64,000 nucleotides of DNA. Origin: Sulfurospirillaceae bacterium (GTDB lineage Bacteria; Campylobacterota; Campylobacteria; Campylobacterales; Sulfurospirillaceae). Positions within the stretch are counted from its first letter, which is position 1. Each line of letters starts with the position of its first letter. The stretch spans positions 32,001 through 96,000 of the forward strand of contig JAWVXD010000006.1 of assembly GCA_033723415.1 (NCBI GenBank), written 5' to 3'. Position numbers and translations under genes: made by a program. Shown here piece by piece: positions 46,344-56,419 of the stretch. The notes below the pieces were generated by a model that did not search any database, was not told the origin of the DNA, and saw nothing but the letters and a program-made list of their open reading frames with translations.

Positions 46344-47466
46344 AAATGTCCTCCTAGATGGCAAATTTCAACCCTCAGACATAGCCATTCAAGGTAAATA
46401 CATCACTTCGGTAAAGCCTTACAAATCCATAGACGTAGCGATCGACTTGGGAGAGAGAAGGATCGTTCCTGGTTTTGTAGATCTGCACAGTGACGCTATC
46501 GAAAAAGAGATCGAACCACGTCCCGGAGCCAGATTTCCCGTAAAGATGGCTGTCATAGAACTTGATAAAAAACTCTCTATGGCTGGTATAACTACGATGT
46601 ATCATGCCATAGGCTTTAACGATGAAGAGCTTCAAAAAGGTAGAGGAACCGAGCAATCAAGCGAACTCATCGAAGAACTATTTGAGGCAAATAAATCCAA
46701 CCTTGAAGTAGATAATCTGATACACGCAAGATTTGAGATCACAAGTCATAGCTCTATAAATACTATAAAAAAGTTGATTAAAAGTAAAAAAGTAAATATG
46801 CTCTCTATCATGGATCACTCACCCGGTCAAGGGCAGTTCAAAACGATGGAGAGCTGGAAAAAGTACCATCTTAAATCATACCAGATAAGCGAAGATGAAG
46901 TAGAAGCATACATAAAAAGCAAAGCTGGCAAAGACAAGGTCGGTGTCGTGGAAGATCTGGTAAAGTTTGGACTTGATTTTGACCTGCCTATCTTAAGTCA
47001 TGATGACGACTGCGGTGAAAAACTGACTACTCTTAAAAATCTAGGAATCACTTTTTCTGAGTTTCCCCTCAGTGTCGAAACGGCAAAACTCGCCAAAGAG
47101 ATGGGTATCAGTACCGGTATGGGAGCCCCTAATGTCGTGCGCGGTGGAAGTCAAAGCGGAAATATCGCCGCTAAAGAGTTGGTTAAGGCGGGAGTCTGCG
47201 ATTATCTGTGCAGCGATTATCATCCCTCTTCCATGCTGTTAAGCCCATATCGACTCAAAGAAGATGTGAATCTGAGCCTAGAAGAAGGATTTGCGATGAT
47301 CAGTACCACTCCTGCAAAGCTAGCAGGTCTTAGTGATCGAGGTGAACTAAAAGAAAATATGCTCGCTGACATCGCAGTGATCGATGAATCACATTTCCCA
47401 AAAGTCGTGCTCACTTTTAAAAACGGCGAAGTGGTATACAATGGCATAAGGGGTTTCAATGTATGA
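46321..47466 (+). CDS. phnM: alpha-D-ribose 1-methylphosphonate 5-triphosphate diphosphatase
   Basis: VDLHSD, MDHSPGQGQF, SHDD, GAPNVVRGGSQSGN, SDYHP. Confidence 0.95.
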   Translation: MQTIIRSKNVLLDGKFQPSDIAIQGKYITSVKPYKSIDVAIDLGERRIVPGFVDLHSDAIEKEIEPRPGARFPVKMAVIELDKKLSMAGITTMYHAIGFNDEELQKGRGTEQSSELIEELFEANKSNLEVDNLIHARFEITSHSSINTIKKLIKSKKVNMLSIMDHSPGQGQFKTMESWKKYHLKSYQISEDEVEAYIKSKAGKDKVGVVEDLVKFGLDFDLPILSHDDDCGEKLTTLKNLGITFSEFPLSVETAKLAKEMGISTGMGAPNVVRGGSQSGNIAAKELVKAGVCDYLCSDYHPSSMLLSPYRLKEDVNLSLEEGFAMISTTPAKLAGLSDRGELKENMLADIAVIDESHFPKVVLTFKNGEVVYNGIRGFNV

Positions 47467-48097
47467 AATCAAAGCTATGAATCTAGCAGAGTCCAAAATA
47501 TTGAACAATGAACCAACCATACATAAGACTTCGATCATAAAAGATTGCTCTTTTGGTAGATTTGTAGAGATAGGCACCTACAATAATATCTGTGAATCGG
47601 TGATAGATGATTATAGTTATACCAGTGAAAATTGTCAGATCATCTACTCTCATATAGGCAAATTTGTAAATATCGCAAGCTATGTGAGACTAAACCCTGG
47701 ACAGCACCCGATGCACAGAGTCTCACAACACCACATGTTATATCGCAAAGAGATGTTCGGTTTTGGAGAAGACGATAGCAAATTTTTTGAGGAGAGAAGA
47801 AAGAAAAGAGTCAAGATAGGTCATGATGTCTGGATCGGTCACAATGTCACCGTCATGGGCGGAGTGAGCATAGAAAACGGCGCGGTCATAGGAAGCGGGG
47901 CCATCGTCACAAGAGACATACCAGCTTATGCCATAGCCGTCGGAAATCCGGCTCGTGTCATCAAATATCGGTTTGATCCTTATATAGTAGAGGAACTAGA
48001 AAAGATCAAATGGTGGCACTGGGATCATGATAAAATAGCACAATCATTGAAAGATTTTGATGATATAGACGAATTTATAAAAAGATACAAGGTATAA
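47459..48097 (+). CDS. Phosphonate-metabolism hexapeptide-repeat acyltransferase
   Basis: IGKFVNIAS, HPMHRVSQHH, IGHDVWIGH, VGNPARVI, WWHW; located inside the phn operon. Confidence 0.88.
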   Translation: MYEIKAMNLAESKILNNEPTIHKTSIIKDCSFGRFVEIGTYNNICESVIDDYSYTSENCQIIYSHIGKFVNIASYVRLNPGQHPMHRVSQHHMLYRKEMFGFGEDDSKFFEERRKKRVKIGHDVWIGHNVTVMGGVSIENGAVIGSGAIVTRDIPAYAIAVGNPARVIKYRFDPYIVEELEKIKWWHWDHDKIAQSLKDFDDIDEFIKRYKV

Positions 48098-48099
48098 GA

Positions 48100-48615
48100 T
48101 TGGTTAAGATAGTTTTGATAGTAGGTCCTAGCGGTGTCGGGAAAGATACTCTCATAAACAGTGTTAAGGGCAAGATCGATGCAAATTTTGTCAAAAGGTA
48201 TATCACTAGAGTACCTGATTCTCACGAGCAGAACTATTTTGTAGAAAACTCTGAATTCGAAAAATTAAAAAAGGAGGGCTTTTTTGTCTCTTCGTGGGAT
48301 GCACACTCAAACCAATACGGCATAGCACTAGATGAGATAAAAGAAGGATTAAACATTATATCCGTATCAAGAAGTGCTATTAAAGATTTTGAAAAAGTAT
48401 TTGATGATGTAGTGACGATCAATATATCTCTCTCAAAAGATGCTCTTTATAAAAGACTGAAAAACAGGAATAGAGAGAGTGAAAACGAGATACAAGAGAG
48501 ATTGGCAAGCTCGGATCAGGACATAAAAGCAAAAAAATTGATACAATTTTCAAATGATCTACCACTAGATATATCATCTGCAAAGTTTTTGGAGTTATTA
48601 GGAGAGATCAAATGA
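48100..48615 (+). CDS. phnN: Ribose 1,5-bisphosphokinase
   Basis: VGPSGVGKDTL, RYITR, WDAHSNQYGI, RLKNRNRE. Confidence 0.9.
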   Translation: MVKIVLIVGPSGVGKDTLINSVKGKIDANFVKRYITRVPDSHEQNYFVENSEFEKLKKEGFFVSSWDAHSNQYGIALDEIKEGLNIISVSRSAIKDFEKVFDDVVTINISLSKDALYKRLKNRNRESENEIQERLASSDQDIKAKKLIQFSNDLPLDISSAKFLELLGEIK

Positions 48616-49349
48616 AACTAAAGTTTTTAGGAACTGCCGACAGCGGTGGAATTCCCTCTCACAACTGCATCTGTGAGATCTGCCGAGAATACAGATCAAA
48701 AGGTCACATAAATCTAGCAACATCGGCTTACATAGAGTGTGATAACGGTGAGATTATTTTGCTTGATGCCGGAGTCGAAAATATCGCTTCGCAATTTGAC
48801 GGCAGTATCATAAAAGCAGTTTTTTTGACTCATTTTCACGCAGATCATGTCATGGGTCTTTTGAGACTCAGATACAGTCACAATCCTATCCTTTGCTACC
48901 ATCCTAAAGATGACAACGGCTTTGCAGATCTGTTTAAAAATAAAAAATCTATCGAATATATAGAGAATGTGGCATTTGAAGAGATCATAGTAAATGATTT
49001 AAAATTTATCCCGATACCTCTTTTTCACTCCAAAAATACGACCGGATACCTCATCCGATCAAAAAACAAAACAGTAGCATATCTGACTGATTGTGCAGGA
49101 CTCGACGTGGAGTCGATGAAGTTTCTAAAATCATTTTCGATTGATGCCTGCTATCTAGATGCTTGTTTAGCACCGAATTTTAGCAATGGTAACCATCTCA
49201 ATTACGAACAGGCAATAAGAGTATTGGATGAAATTGGAGCCAAGACATCACATCTGATGCACAGTAGTCATTATACGCTAGCGTATATAAGGCAAAATAA
49301 GATCGATCTCAAATATGACTATATTTTGCCTGATCATCTTGATCTCTAG
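48612..49349 (+). CDS. phnP: Phosphoribosyl 1,2-cyclic phosphate phosphodiesterase
   Basis: FLGTADSGGIP, CICEIC, THFHADH, HSK, YLTD. Confidence 0.92.
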   Translation: MKLKFLGTADSGGIPSHNCICEICREYRSKGHINLATSAYIECDNGEIILLDAGVENIASQFDGSIIKAVFLTHFHADHVMGLLRLRYSHNPILCYHPKDDNGFADLFKNKKSIEYIENVAFEEIIVNDLKFIPIPLFHSKNTTGYLIRSKNKTVAYLTDCAGLDVESMKFLKSFSIDACYLDACLAPNFSNGNHLNYEQAIRVLDEIGAKTSHLMHSSHYTLAYIRQNKIDLKYDYILPDHLDL

Positions 49350-49687
49350 ATTATAGTACCGCTTGCTGCTAGGATATCTTTACCCTCTTCGCTGATCTTT
49401 GATACATCCCAAGGCGGATCAAATACGAGATTGACGTAAGCTTCATCGATAGAATCCATGGATTTCACTATGAATCTGACTTGATCTACTAGCATATCAG
49501 AAACTGAACATCCCGGTGCCGTCAAGGTCATGTCTATTAGACAATATGTGTAATTATTCTCAACATCTATCTTAATATCATAGATCAATCCAAGATCATA
49601 CAGATTTATAGGGATTTCAGGGTCATAGATCGTTTTTATATTTTCGATGACTTCTTTTATAATTTTTTCTTTTTGTTCTTCATTCAT
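49346..49687 (-). CDS. sufT: SufT/DUF59 Fe-S assembly factor
   Basis: YDPEIPINLYDLGLIY, MTLTAPGC, LVFDPPW. Confidence 0.88.
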   Translation of the reverse strand: MNEEQKEKIIKEVIENIKTIYDPEIPINLYDLGLIYDIKIDVENNYTYCLIDMTLTAPGCSVSDMLVDQVRFIVKSMDSIDEAYVNLVFDPPWDVSKISEEGKDILAASGTII

Positions 49688-50105
49688 GATTTGCCTCAAT
49701 TGCGTAATTTTTTATTCTCTCTATCATACTTTTTAAGCCATTTTGCCTATTTGGCGTAATGATCTCTGAGAGTCCTAGAGAATTTAGTTTTGTAAAATCA
49801 AATGCTACTATCTCTTTTGGAGTGAGATTCGAAAATATTTTTATGATCAAAGCAACTAATCCTTTGACTATGACAGTGTTGCTATCTCCTCTAAAGATAA
49901 GTTTGTCTTCTTTTTTTTCACAGATCAGCCAGACTTGAGAAGTACAGCCTTGGATCAAGTATTCATCTTTTTTTTCACTCTCACTGAGAGCTTTAAGCTC
50001 TTTACCCGAATCTACAAGGTACTCGTATTTTTCAAGCTCATCTTCAAAAAATGACAACTCTTCTGCTATTTCATTCACTCTGGTTTCTATTGTACTCATC
50101 ATCAT
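49680..50105 (-). CDS. sufE: Cysteine desulfuration protein SufE
   Basis: IQGCTSQVW, DSNTVIVKG, TPNRQNG. Confidence 0.92.
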   Translation of the reverse strand: MMMSTIETRVNEIAEELSFFEDELEKYEYLVDSGKELKALSESEKKDEYLIQGCTSQVWLICEKKEDKLIFRGDSNTVIVKGLVALIIKIFSNLTPKEIVAFDFTKLNSLGLSEIITPNRQNGLKSMIERIKNYAIEANHE

Positions 50106-51289
50106 CCTTTTAGTATTTTCACGGCTCTTCGTATATTTTTTAGCAACATATCAGCATCTTCCATATTGTTGTAAATTCCAAGACTAACTCTTGCCGTGCC
50201 ATTGATCCCGAGCTTCTTCATGATCGGCTGGGCACAATGATGCCCATAGCGAATACTTACATTCATCTTATCCAATAAAACCCCGACATCATCAGCCATA
50301 ACGCCCTCGATATTGAAACTAAGACTTCCGATGCAGTTGATACTATCCGTATACAATATGATACCTTCGATCTCGCTCAGCTTTTCATACATGTATTCAT
50401 ATACTTGAGCTTCATAATCGATGATATTTTCGTATTTTTGCTCTTGTATAAATTTGAGAGCCTGTCCAAATCCTATAACTCCTGAGATATTTTGCGTGCC
50501 TGCTTCAAACTTAAAAGGCGAATCCAATAAAATACTTCTATCATATGTCACATCACTGATAGTCGCACCTCCGACTTGATAAGGAGCAACATCTTCTAAG
50601 TGTTCTTGTTTTATATAAATAGCTCCAACCCCTGTAGGACCGTAGGTCTTATGAGAAGAGACGGCATAAAAATCTACATCTAGGTCTTGAACGTCGACAT
50701 TAAAATGAGCCAGACTCTGAGCCCCGTCTATCATGACAAGCGCGCCATATTTATGCGCGATATGTATGATGTTTTTGACGGGATGTATCCTTCCAAAAGC
50801 ATTTGAAACATGCGTGATACTTACAAAAGCATTTTTGTTCTCTTGCAGCAGTTTTTCAAAATGTTCGATATCAAAAGAGAGGTTTTCATCACAATCCACT
50901 ACTTCAAGTCCATTGTGCAAACTTCTTCCTTGCATATGCCAAGGAACGATGTTTGAATGATGCTCCAAAGATGAGATGATAACGGTATCAAACCGATCTT
51001 TTACAAACGATGATGCGATGAAGTTCAGAGATTCCGTTACTCCTTTGGTGAAGATGATCTCTTTTTCATCACGTGCATTGATGAAAGTTTTCAGAGTTTC
51101 TCTGGCATTTTCAAATTCAGTTGTCGCTCTATTTGCATTTCCAAAGTTGCTTCTGTGTGTATTGGAGCAGTACTTTGTATAATATTCATTGATAGCATCG
51201 ATGACTACTTTTGGCTTTTGAGTCGTCGAAGCACTATCAAGATAGGTGTTTTTATTGTCCTTAAAATATTCAAAATATTTCTTGTACAC
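50102..51289 (-). CDS. sufS: Group II cysteine desulfurase
   Basis: YLDSASTTQKP, LEHHSNIVPW, DGAQS, SSHKTYGPTG, RYGHHCAQP. Confidence 0.93.
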   Translation of the reverse strand: MYKKYFEYFKDNKNTYLDSASTTQKPKVVIDAINEYYTKYCSNTHRSNFGNANRATTEFENARETLKTFINARDEKEIIFTKGVTESLNFIASSFVKDRFDTVIISSLEHHSNIVPWHMQGRSLHNGLEVVDCDENLSFDIEHFEKLLQENKNAFVSITHVSNAFGRIHPVKNIIHIAHKYGALVMIDGAQSLAHFNVDVQDLDVDFYAVSSHKTYGPTGVGAIYIKQEHLEDVAPYQVGGATISDVTYDRSILLDSPFKFEAGTQNISGVIGFGQALKFIQEQKYENIIDYEAQVYEYMYEKLSEIEGIILYTDSINCIGSLSFNIEGVMADDVGVLLDKMNVSIRYGHHCAQPIMKKLGINGTARVSLGIYNNMEDADMLLKNIRRAVKILKG

Positions 51290-51292
51290 TGA

Positions 51293-52468
51293 TCAATCCT
51301 CTATAAAACTAAGTGCGAGCTTTTCTATTGACTCGTTTCCAATTTTTTCTATTACTTGTAATTCTATCGCATTTATGAGCATTTTCTCTGCTTTTGGAAG
51401 TTCAATCCCTCTACTTTGCATATAATAAAGTGCTTCTTCATCCAAAGAACCGCTTGTAGCTCCATGCGCTGCTTCTAATTCATCGGTATGCAGTATCAGC
51501 TTAGGATTTGCATTTATCCTTGCGCCGTTTTTTAAAAGTATGGTTTGTGAATTTTGGAAAGTTTTTGAAAACTTCGCTTCATGATTAACCGTAGTTTTTA
51601 CCTCAAAAAGAGCTTGTGATTCACCATCTAAAAGATGCTTACACACCATGTTACTCTCTGTAAATTCTGCGTCATGTACGATAGAGATTATATTTCCACT
51701 TTTATTTTTTTTACCGAGTTTGATAATACTCTCAAAAGAAAAATTCGAGTGATCACAGGAAAGTGTTGAGTTTACTATATTTAAAGCTCTCTTTGAATCC
51801 AGATCAATCGCGATCAAACTGCATTTTGCATTTTTTGAGATTATAGGTTCTATATTTGATATAAAGCTGTTATTTGTAGTTGAACTTTGAAGTTTTGTGT
51901 AATTCAGCGATGCATTATCCTTGATAATGAGCTTCTTATTTGCATTTACAAAAGAGTTCCTAAGATGGTTGCTGATGTTTAGCTCCACTATATCTACTTT
52001 ACAATTTTCTTCTATAACGACACTTTCGGATGTCGGTACAAACGAGTCATCGCCGCTATATATATTTAAGATCATCAAAGGCTTTTCTAAATCTTTTTTT
52101 ATAGCTATCTCGTTTTCTTTTTCAACAAAAGCTTCACTAAGAAAATATAAAGAGTTCGGACTTCTATGCAGGTTTTTTTCTTTTTTAGAGAACACTACGC
52201 TATCTGGCAATATCGAATTTTTGATATCGACTTCTCCATCAAATATAATAACAGTATAAAAATCTTGATTTGCAGGATATTTAGACCCGCCGTTTAGCTT
52301 CACTTCATCGCTATGCAGCAAAAGATTCTTTGAAAAAATATCACTTATATCAAATTGCCTAAACTCTTCTGTACTCTTTGTAGGCAGCCCCATTTCACTC
52401 AATAGATCAAAAGATTTAGTATCTTTTATCCCCTCAAGCTGGCTTAGATCATTTAGCAACATGGTCAA
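51293..52468 (-). CDS. sufD: Fe-S assembly protein SufD
   Basis: LPTKSTEEF, NANPKLILHTDELEAAHGAT, LYYMQSRGI. Confidence 0.88.
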   Translation of the reverse strand: MTMLLNDLSQLEGIKDTKSFDLLSEMGLPTKSTEEFRQFDISDIFSKNLLLHSDEVKLNGGSKYPANQDFYTVIIFDGEVDIKNSILPDSVVFSKKEKNLHRSPNSLYFLSEAFVEKENEIAIKKDLEKPLMILNIYSGDDSFVPTSESVVIEENCKVDIVELNISNHLRNSFVNANKKLIIKDNASLNYTKLQSSTTNNSFISNIEPIISKNAKCSLIAIDLDSKRALNIVNSTLSCDHSNFSFESIIKLGKKNKSGNIISIVHDAEFTESNMVCKHLLDGESQALFEVKTTVNHEAKFSKTFQNSQTILLKNGARINANPKLILHTDELEAAHGATSGSLDEEALYYMQSRGIELPKAEKMLINAIELQVIEKIGNESIEKLALSFIED

Positions 52469-53204
52469 TTCCTATACCCTCGTAACCTTGCTCGTCTATT
52501 TCCAAAGCTAGAGTATAATCACCGCTTTTTACGATCTTACCGCCACTTAACACGTGTACGAAATCAGGCTTTATAAGCTCTAACAATCTATCATAATGAG
52601 TGATCATAAGGACAGATCTTTTTCCATCCAACATAGATTTTACTCCATTTGCTATCATCTTAATCGCATCGACATCCAACCCTGAGTCTATCTCGTCTAA
52701 AAGTATAAGATCCGGTTCAAGAACGAGCATTTGAAGCAGTTCATTTTTCTTCTTTTCTCCACCTGAAAAACCGTCATTTACATTTCGTTTCAGCATCTTC
52801 TCATCCAAACCAAACTCTTGAGCTTTGGTCTTTATGAATTTTAAAAATTTAGCGACATTCATCTCATCTTCGCCATGATAAGCTCGTTTTGCATTAAGTG
52901 CCGTTTTTAGAAAGTACATATTGTTGACACCCGGTATCTCTGTGGGGTTTTGAAAACTCATAAAGATACCTTCATTTGCCCTATCGCTCACGCTTAGATC
53001 CATCAGATTCTTCTTTTTATACGTCATCTTCCCACTTGTCACTTCGCAGTCATAATGAGCACTCAAAGTCTTGACCAAGGTCGATTTCCCTGCACCGTTC
53101 GTGCCCATGAGAACATGAACTTCACCTGGATTTATAGTCAAATCCAAACCTTTTAAAATCTCTTTTTCTTTTATTGTTACACTTAAATTTTTTATTTCTA
53201 ACAT
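52449..53204 (-). CDS. sufC: Fe-S assembly ATPase SufC
   Basis: MGTNGAGKST, GFSGGEKKKNE, LDEIDSGLDVD, ITHY. Confidence 0.95.
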   Translation of the reverse strand: MLEIKNLSVTIKEKEILKGLDLTINPGEVHVLMGTNGAGKSTLVKTLSAHYDCEVTSGKMTYKKKNLMDLSVSDRANEGIFMSFQNPTEIPGVNNMYFLKTALNAKRAYHGEDEMNVAKFLKFIKTKAQEFGLDEKMLKRNVNDGFSGGEKKKNELLQMLVLEPDLILLDEIDSGLDVDAIKMIANGVKSMLDGKRSVLMITHYDRLLELIKPDFVHVLSGGKIVKSGDYTLALEIDEQGYEGIGIDHVAK

Positions 53205-53212
53205 ATGGTTTC

Positions 53213-54646
53213 CTATCCTACGCTGCCTTCCAATGATATGCTAAGAAGCGCTCTTGCTTCCACTGCAAATTCCATCGGCAATTCTTCTAAAATCTCTTTA
53301 CAAAATCCATTGACTATAAGAGAAACCGCATTTTCTTGTTCGATTCCGCGCTGACCTATATAAAATAGTTGTTCATCGCTTATCTTTGAAGTCGTCGCTT
53401 CATGTTCTATCTTTGCACTTTTATTTCTAACGTCTTGATAAGGGTATGTATTTGCTGAACAATCTCCGCCGATGAGCAGTGAATCACACTGTGAAAAATT
53501 TCTGGCATTTTCCGCATCTTTTCCTACCTTGACCAGACCTCTATATGCATTGATTCCTTTGAGAGCCGATACTCCTTTTGATATGATCGTTGATTTTGTA
53601 TTTTTACCAAGATGAATCATCTTAGTTCCGGTATCTGCCTGCTGAGATAGAGAAGTCAGAGCTACTGAGTAAAATTCTCCGACACTGTCATCACCTTTAA
53701 GTATACAACTTGGGTATTTCCAAGTAAGCGCAGAACCAGTTTCAACCTGTGTCCAAGATATTTTGGATCGATCTCCTTTGCAGATGCCACGCTTTGTCAC
53801 AAAGTTATAGATGCCGCCTTTTCCATTTTCATCACCTGGATACCAGTTTTGGATCGTCGAGTACTTGATCTGTGCATCTTTAAGCGCCACAAGTTCCACA
53901 ACAGCCGCGTGGAGTTGGTTCTCATCTCTCATAGGAGCCGAACAGCCTTCATTATAAGAAACGTAACTTCCTTCATCCGCGATGATCAGAGTCCTCTCAA
54001 ACTGACCAGTGTTTAGGGCATTGATCCTAAAATAAGTAGATAATTCCATAGGACATCTTGTGTTTTTAGGAATATATACAAAAGAACCATCAGTAAATAC
54101 GGCACAGTTAAGAGTTGCAAAATAGTTATCGTTATAAGGCACGACTGATGCCAGATATTTTTTCAAAAGTTCAGGATGTTCCTGTGCTGCTTCACTGATA
54201 GAGCAAAATATAATGCCTTTTTCACTAAGCTCTTTTTGGAATGTCGTCTTGACAGACACTGAGTCAAATACGGCATCAACCGCGATTCCTGCCAATGCTT
54301 TTTGTTCTTCCAGCGGAATTCCGAGCTTATTATATGTTTCCAATATCTGAGGGTCTATCTCATCCAAAGAATCCGGTGCCTTTTTGGGAGCAGAAAAATA
54401 GCTGATATTTTGGTAATCAATCTTCTCATGTGTTAAACCTGCCCAATCAGGTTCTTCCATAGTTAACCATTTTCTATATGCTTTTAATCTAAATTCCAGT
54501 AACCATTCAGGTTCATTTTTCTTTACGGAGATTGCTTTAATAACATCTTCATTTAAACCTGGAGGAAAAGTATCGGATTGGATGATCGTCTCAAATCCTA
54601 GAGCATAATCATTTGCGATTATGTCTTTTACAATTTTATTTTCCAT
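53213..54646 (-). CDS. sufB: Fe-S assembly scaffold SufB
   Basis: [47 protein letters not shown]. Confidence 0.97.
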   Translation of the reverse strand: MENKIVKDIIANDYALGFETIIQSDTFPPGLNEDVIKAISVKKNEPEWLLEFRLKAYRKWLTMEEPDWAGLTHEKIDYQNISYFSAPKKAPDSLDEIDPQILETYNKLGIPLEEQKALAGIAVDAVFDSVSVKTTFQKELSEKGIIFCSISEAAQEHPELLKKYLASVVPYNDNYFATLNCAVFTDGSFVYIPKNTRCPMELSTYFRINALNTGQFERTLIIADEGSYVSYNEGCSAPMRDENQLHAAVVELVALKDAQIKYSTIQNWYPGDENGKGGIYNFVTKRGICKGDRSKISWTQVETGSALTWKYPSCILKGDDSVGEFYSVALTSLSQQADTGTKMIHLGKNTKSTIISKGVSALKGINAYRGLVKVGKDAENARNFSQCDSLLIGGDCSANTYPYQDVRNKSAKIEHEATTSKISDEQLFYIGQRGIEQENAVSLIVNGFCKEILEELPMEFAVEARALLSISLEGSVG

Positions 54647-54665
54647 TTTTTTATTCTCCTAATGT

Positions 54666-54688
54666 AATAGGATAAATTTTATCCTATT
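54666..54688. promoter_or_regulatory. Perfect 11-1-11 palindrome (candidate operator) upstream of sufB
   Basis: aataggataaa-t-tttatcctatt, lying between a TGgTATACT extended -10 (minus strand, about 54698-54706) and the AGGAG SD. Confidence 0.7.
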
Positions 54689-54829
54689 TAGAAATTTAGT
54701 ATACCACAAAAAAATTAAAAATACATTTTATATAATACAATATAAAAATTTTAAGAAAAAAGAGATTAAATATTTGATTTAATATGAAATTGGGTTAAAA
54801 TATCAAAATCATATAAATAAGGACAAAAC

Positions 54830-55456
54830 TTGCAAAAAAAGCTAAAAGGTCTGTATGCGATCACGGATGAAAAATTAACACCGCAAAATATTATAGTGGA
54901 TCGATGTATGGAAGCTTTGGATTGCGGAGTGAGAATCATACAGCACCGAGATAAGAACAGCACGGATAATGAAGTAGAAAAAATCTGTATAGAACTTCAA
55001 GAGCTTTGTAGACGATATGATGCTGTTTTTATCATCAATGATCGTCCGCACTTAGCACAGAAAATAGGAGCAGACGGTCTTCATATCGGCAAAGACGATA
55101 TGCCTTTTTCTGAGACAAGAAAGATATATACAGAAGGTATCATAGGAGTTTCATGCTATGGAAGTCTTGATATAGCAAAAGAAGCACAGATCAACGGTGC
55201 CGCATATGTTGCATTTGGCGCTTTTTTCCCGACTCCGACAAAACCGGATTCCGGTGTATTTCCAATGGATGTATTAGGGAAGGCTAAAAAGAGTTTAAAT
55301 CTTCCAGTCTGCGCGATAGGCGGCATAAACTCTTCAAATATAGATATCATCGATCAACACAAACCAGATATGCTTTGTTGTGTCAGCGCCATATTTGATG
55401 GCAACATAAAAGAAAATATAAGATTACTAAATCAAAAGATAAAAGAGAGATATTAG
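54830..55456 (+). CDS. thiE: Thiamine-phosphate synthase
   Basis: GLYAITD, QHRDK, FIIND, GLHIGKDD, IIGVSC, FPTPTK, AIGGI. Confidence 0.93.
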   Translation: MQKKLKGLYAITDEKLTPQNIIVDRCMEALDCGVRIIQHRDKNSTDNEVEKICIELQELCRRYDAVFIINDRPHLAQKIGADGLHIGKDDMPFSETRKIYTEGIIGVSCYGSLDIAKEAQINGAAYVAFGAFFPTPTKPDSGVFPMDVLGKAKKSLNLPVCAIGGINSSNIDIIDQHKPDMLCCVSAIFDGNIKENIRLLNQKIKERY

Positions 55457-55477
55457 GGATGAATTAAATTCATCCCT
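55455..55477. terminator. Bidirectional hairpin between thiE and dat
   Basis: agggatgaatt / aattcatccct. Confidence 0.65.
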
Positions 55478-55485
55478 TCTCTTTG

Positions 55486-56340
55486 TTAGTTATTTGCTTC
55501 GTTTAATGCAGCTTCAACATATAGTCGGCGTAATTTTTTAACCATGGGACCAGGTTTACCATCGCCTATCTTTTTTCCGTCTATCTCAACGATAGGCAAT
55601 ACAAATACAGTAGCGCTAGACATAAAAGCTTCATCGGCTTCCATTGCTTCTTCAAGCGTGAAAAGTCTCTCTTCCACTTTGATGCCGTGATCTTTTGTCA
55701 ATGACATTAGTACCTTGCGTCTGATACCGGGCAATATAAGATTTGAAAGAGGACGCGTTATGATCACACCGTCTTTTACGATATAAGCAGATGACGACGT
55801 ACCCTCCGTCACAAAACCGTCTTCTATCATCCAACCTTCATAAGCACCTTTTTGATGCACTTCTTCTTTGGCAAGGACTTGTCCTAAAAGCGAGATGGAC
55901 TTGATATCTCTTCGCTTCCATCTTATATCTTCCACGCTTGAGACTTTAACGCCGGATTCTGCCAAAGGCGTATTGATGATCTCTTTTTTGAAGATAAATG
56001 CCATAAACGTAGAAGGCGTGTTACTTGGAAAGTAAAACTCCCTTGGTGCCACTCCACGTGTGACTTGCATATAAATGCCACCCTCAACCAAATCGTTTTT
56101 CTCGATAAGCTGATTTAATATCTCTACCACTTCTTCTCTACTATACGGCGATTTAAGTCCGATCTTGCTAAGACTTCCATCAAAACGCTCAAAAAACGGT
56201 TCTTTATCAATAACCTTTGAATTTATGACAGGAACTACTTCATATATACCGTCACCAAAAAGAAATCCTCTATCAAAGATCGATACTTTGGCATCTTCTT
56301 TGTTTAAGTAATCTCCGTTTAAAAATACAATTTCACTCAT
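55486..56340 (-). CDS. dat: D-amino acid aminotransferase (fold type IV)
   Basis: DRGFLFGDGIYEV, YMQVTRG, RWKRRDIKSISLL, TEGTSS, ILPGIRR. Confidence 0.88.
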   Translation of the reverse strand: MSEIVFLNGDYLNKEDAKVSIFDRGFLFGDGIYEVVPVINSKVIDKEPFFERFDGSLSKIGLKSPYSREEVVEILNQLIEKNDLVEGGIYMQVTRGVAPREFYFPSNTPSTFMAFIFKKEIINTPLAESGVKVSSVEDIRWKRRDIKSISLLGQVLAKEEVHQKGAYEGWMIEDGFVTEGTSSSAYIVKDGVIITRPLSNLILPGIRRKVLMSLTKDHGIKVEERLFTLEEAMEADEAFMSSATVFVLPIVEIDGKKIGDGKPGPMVKKLRRLYVEAALNEANN

Positions 56341-56419
56341 CTTTACTCCATTTTAAAATAAACTCGATTTTAATGATATATTATCTAAAATAATATTAGA
56401 AATGTATAGAAATCAAGTC

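Noticed and set aside
54647..54829. TPP riboswitch upstream of thiE
   Set aside because: No CTGAGA...ACCTG...AGCGTAGGGA-like core; the sequence is nearly all A/T.
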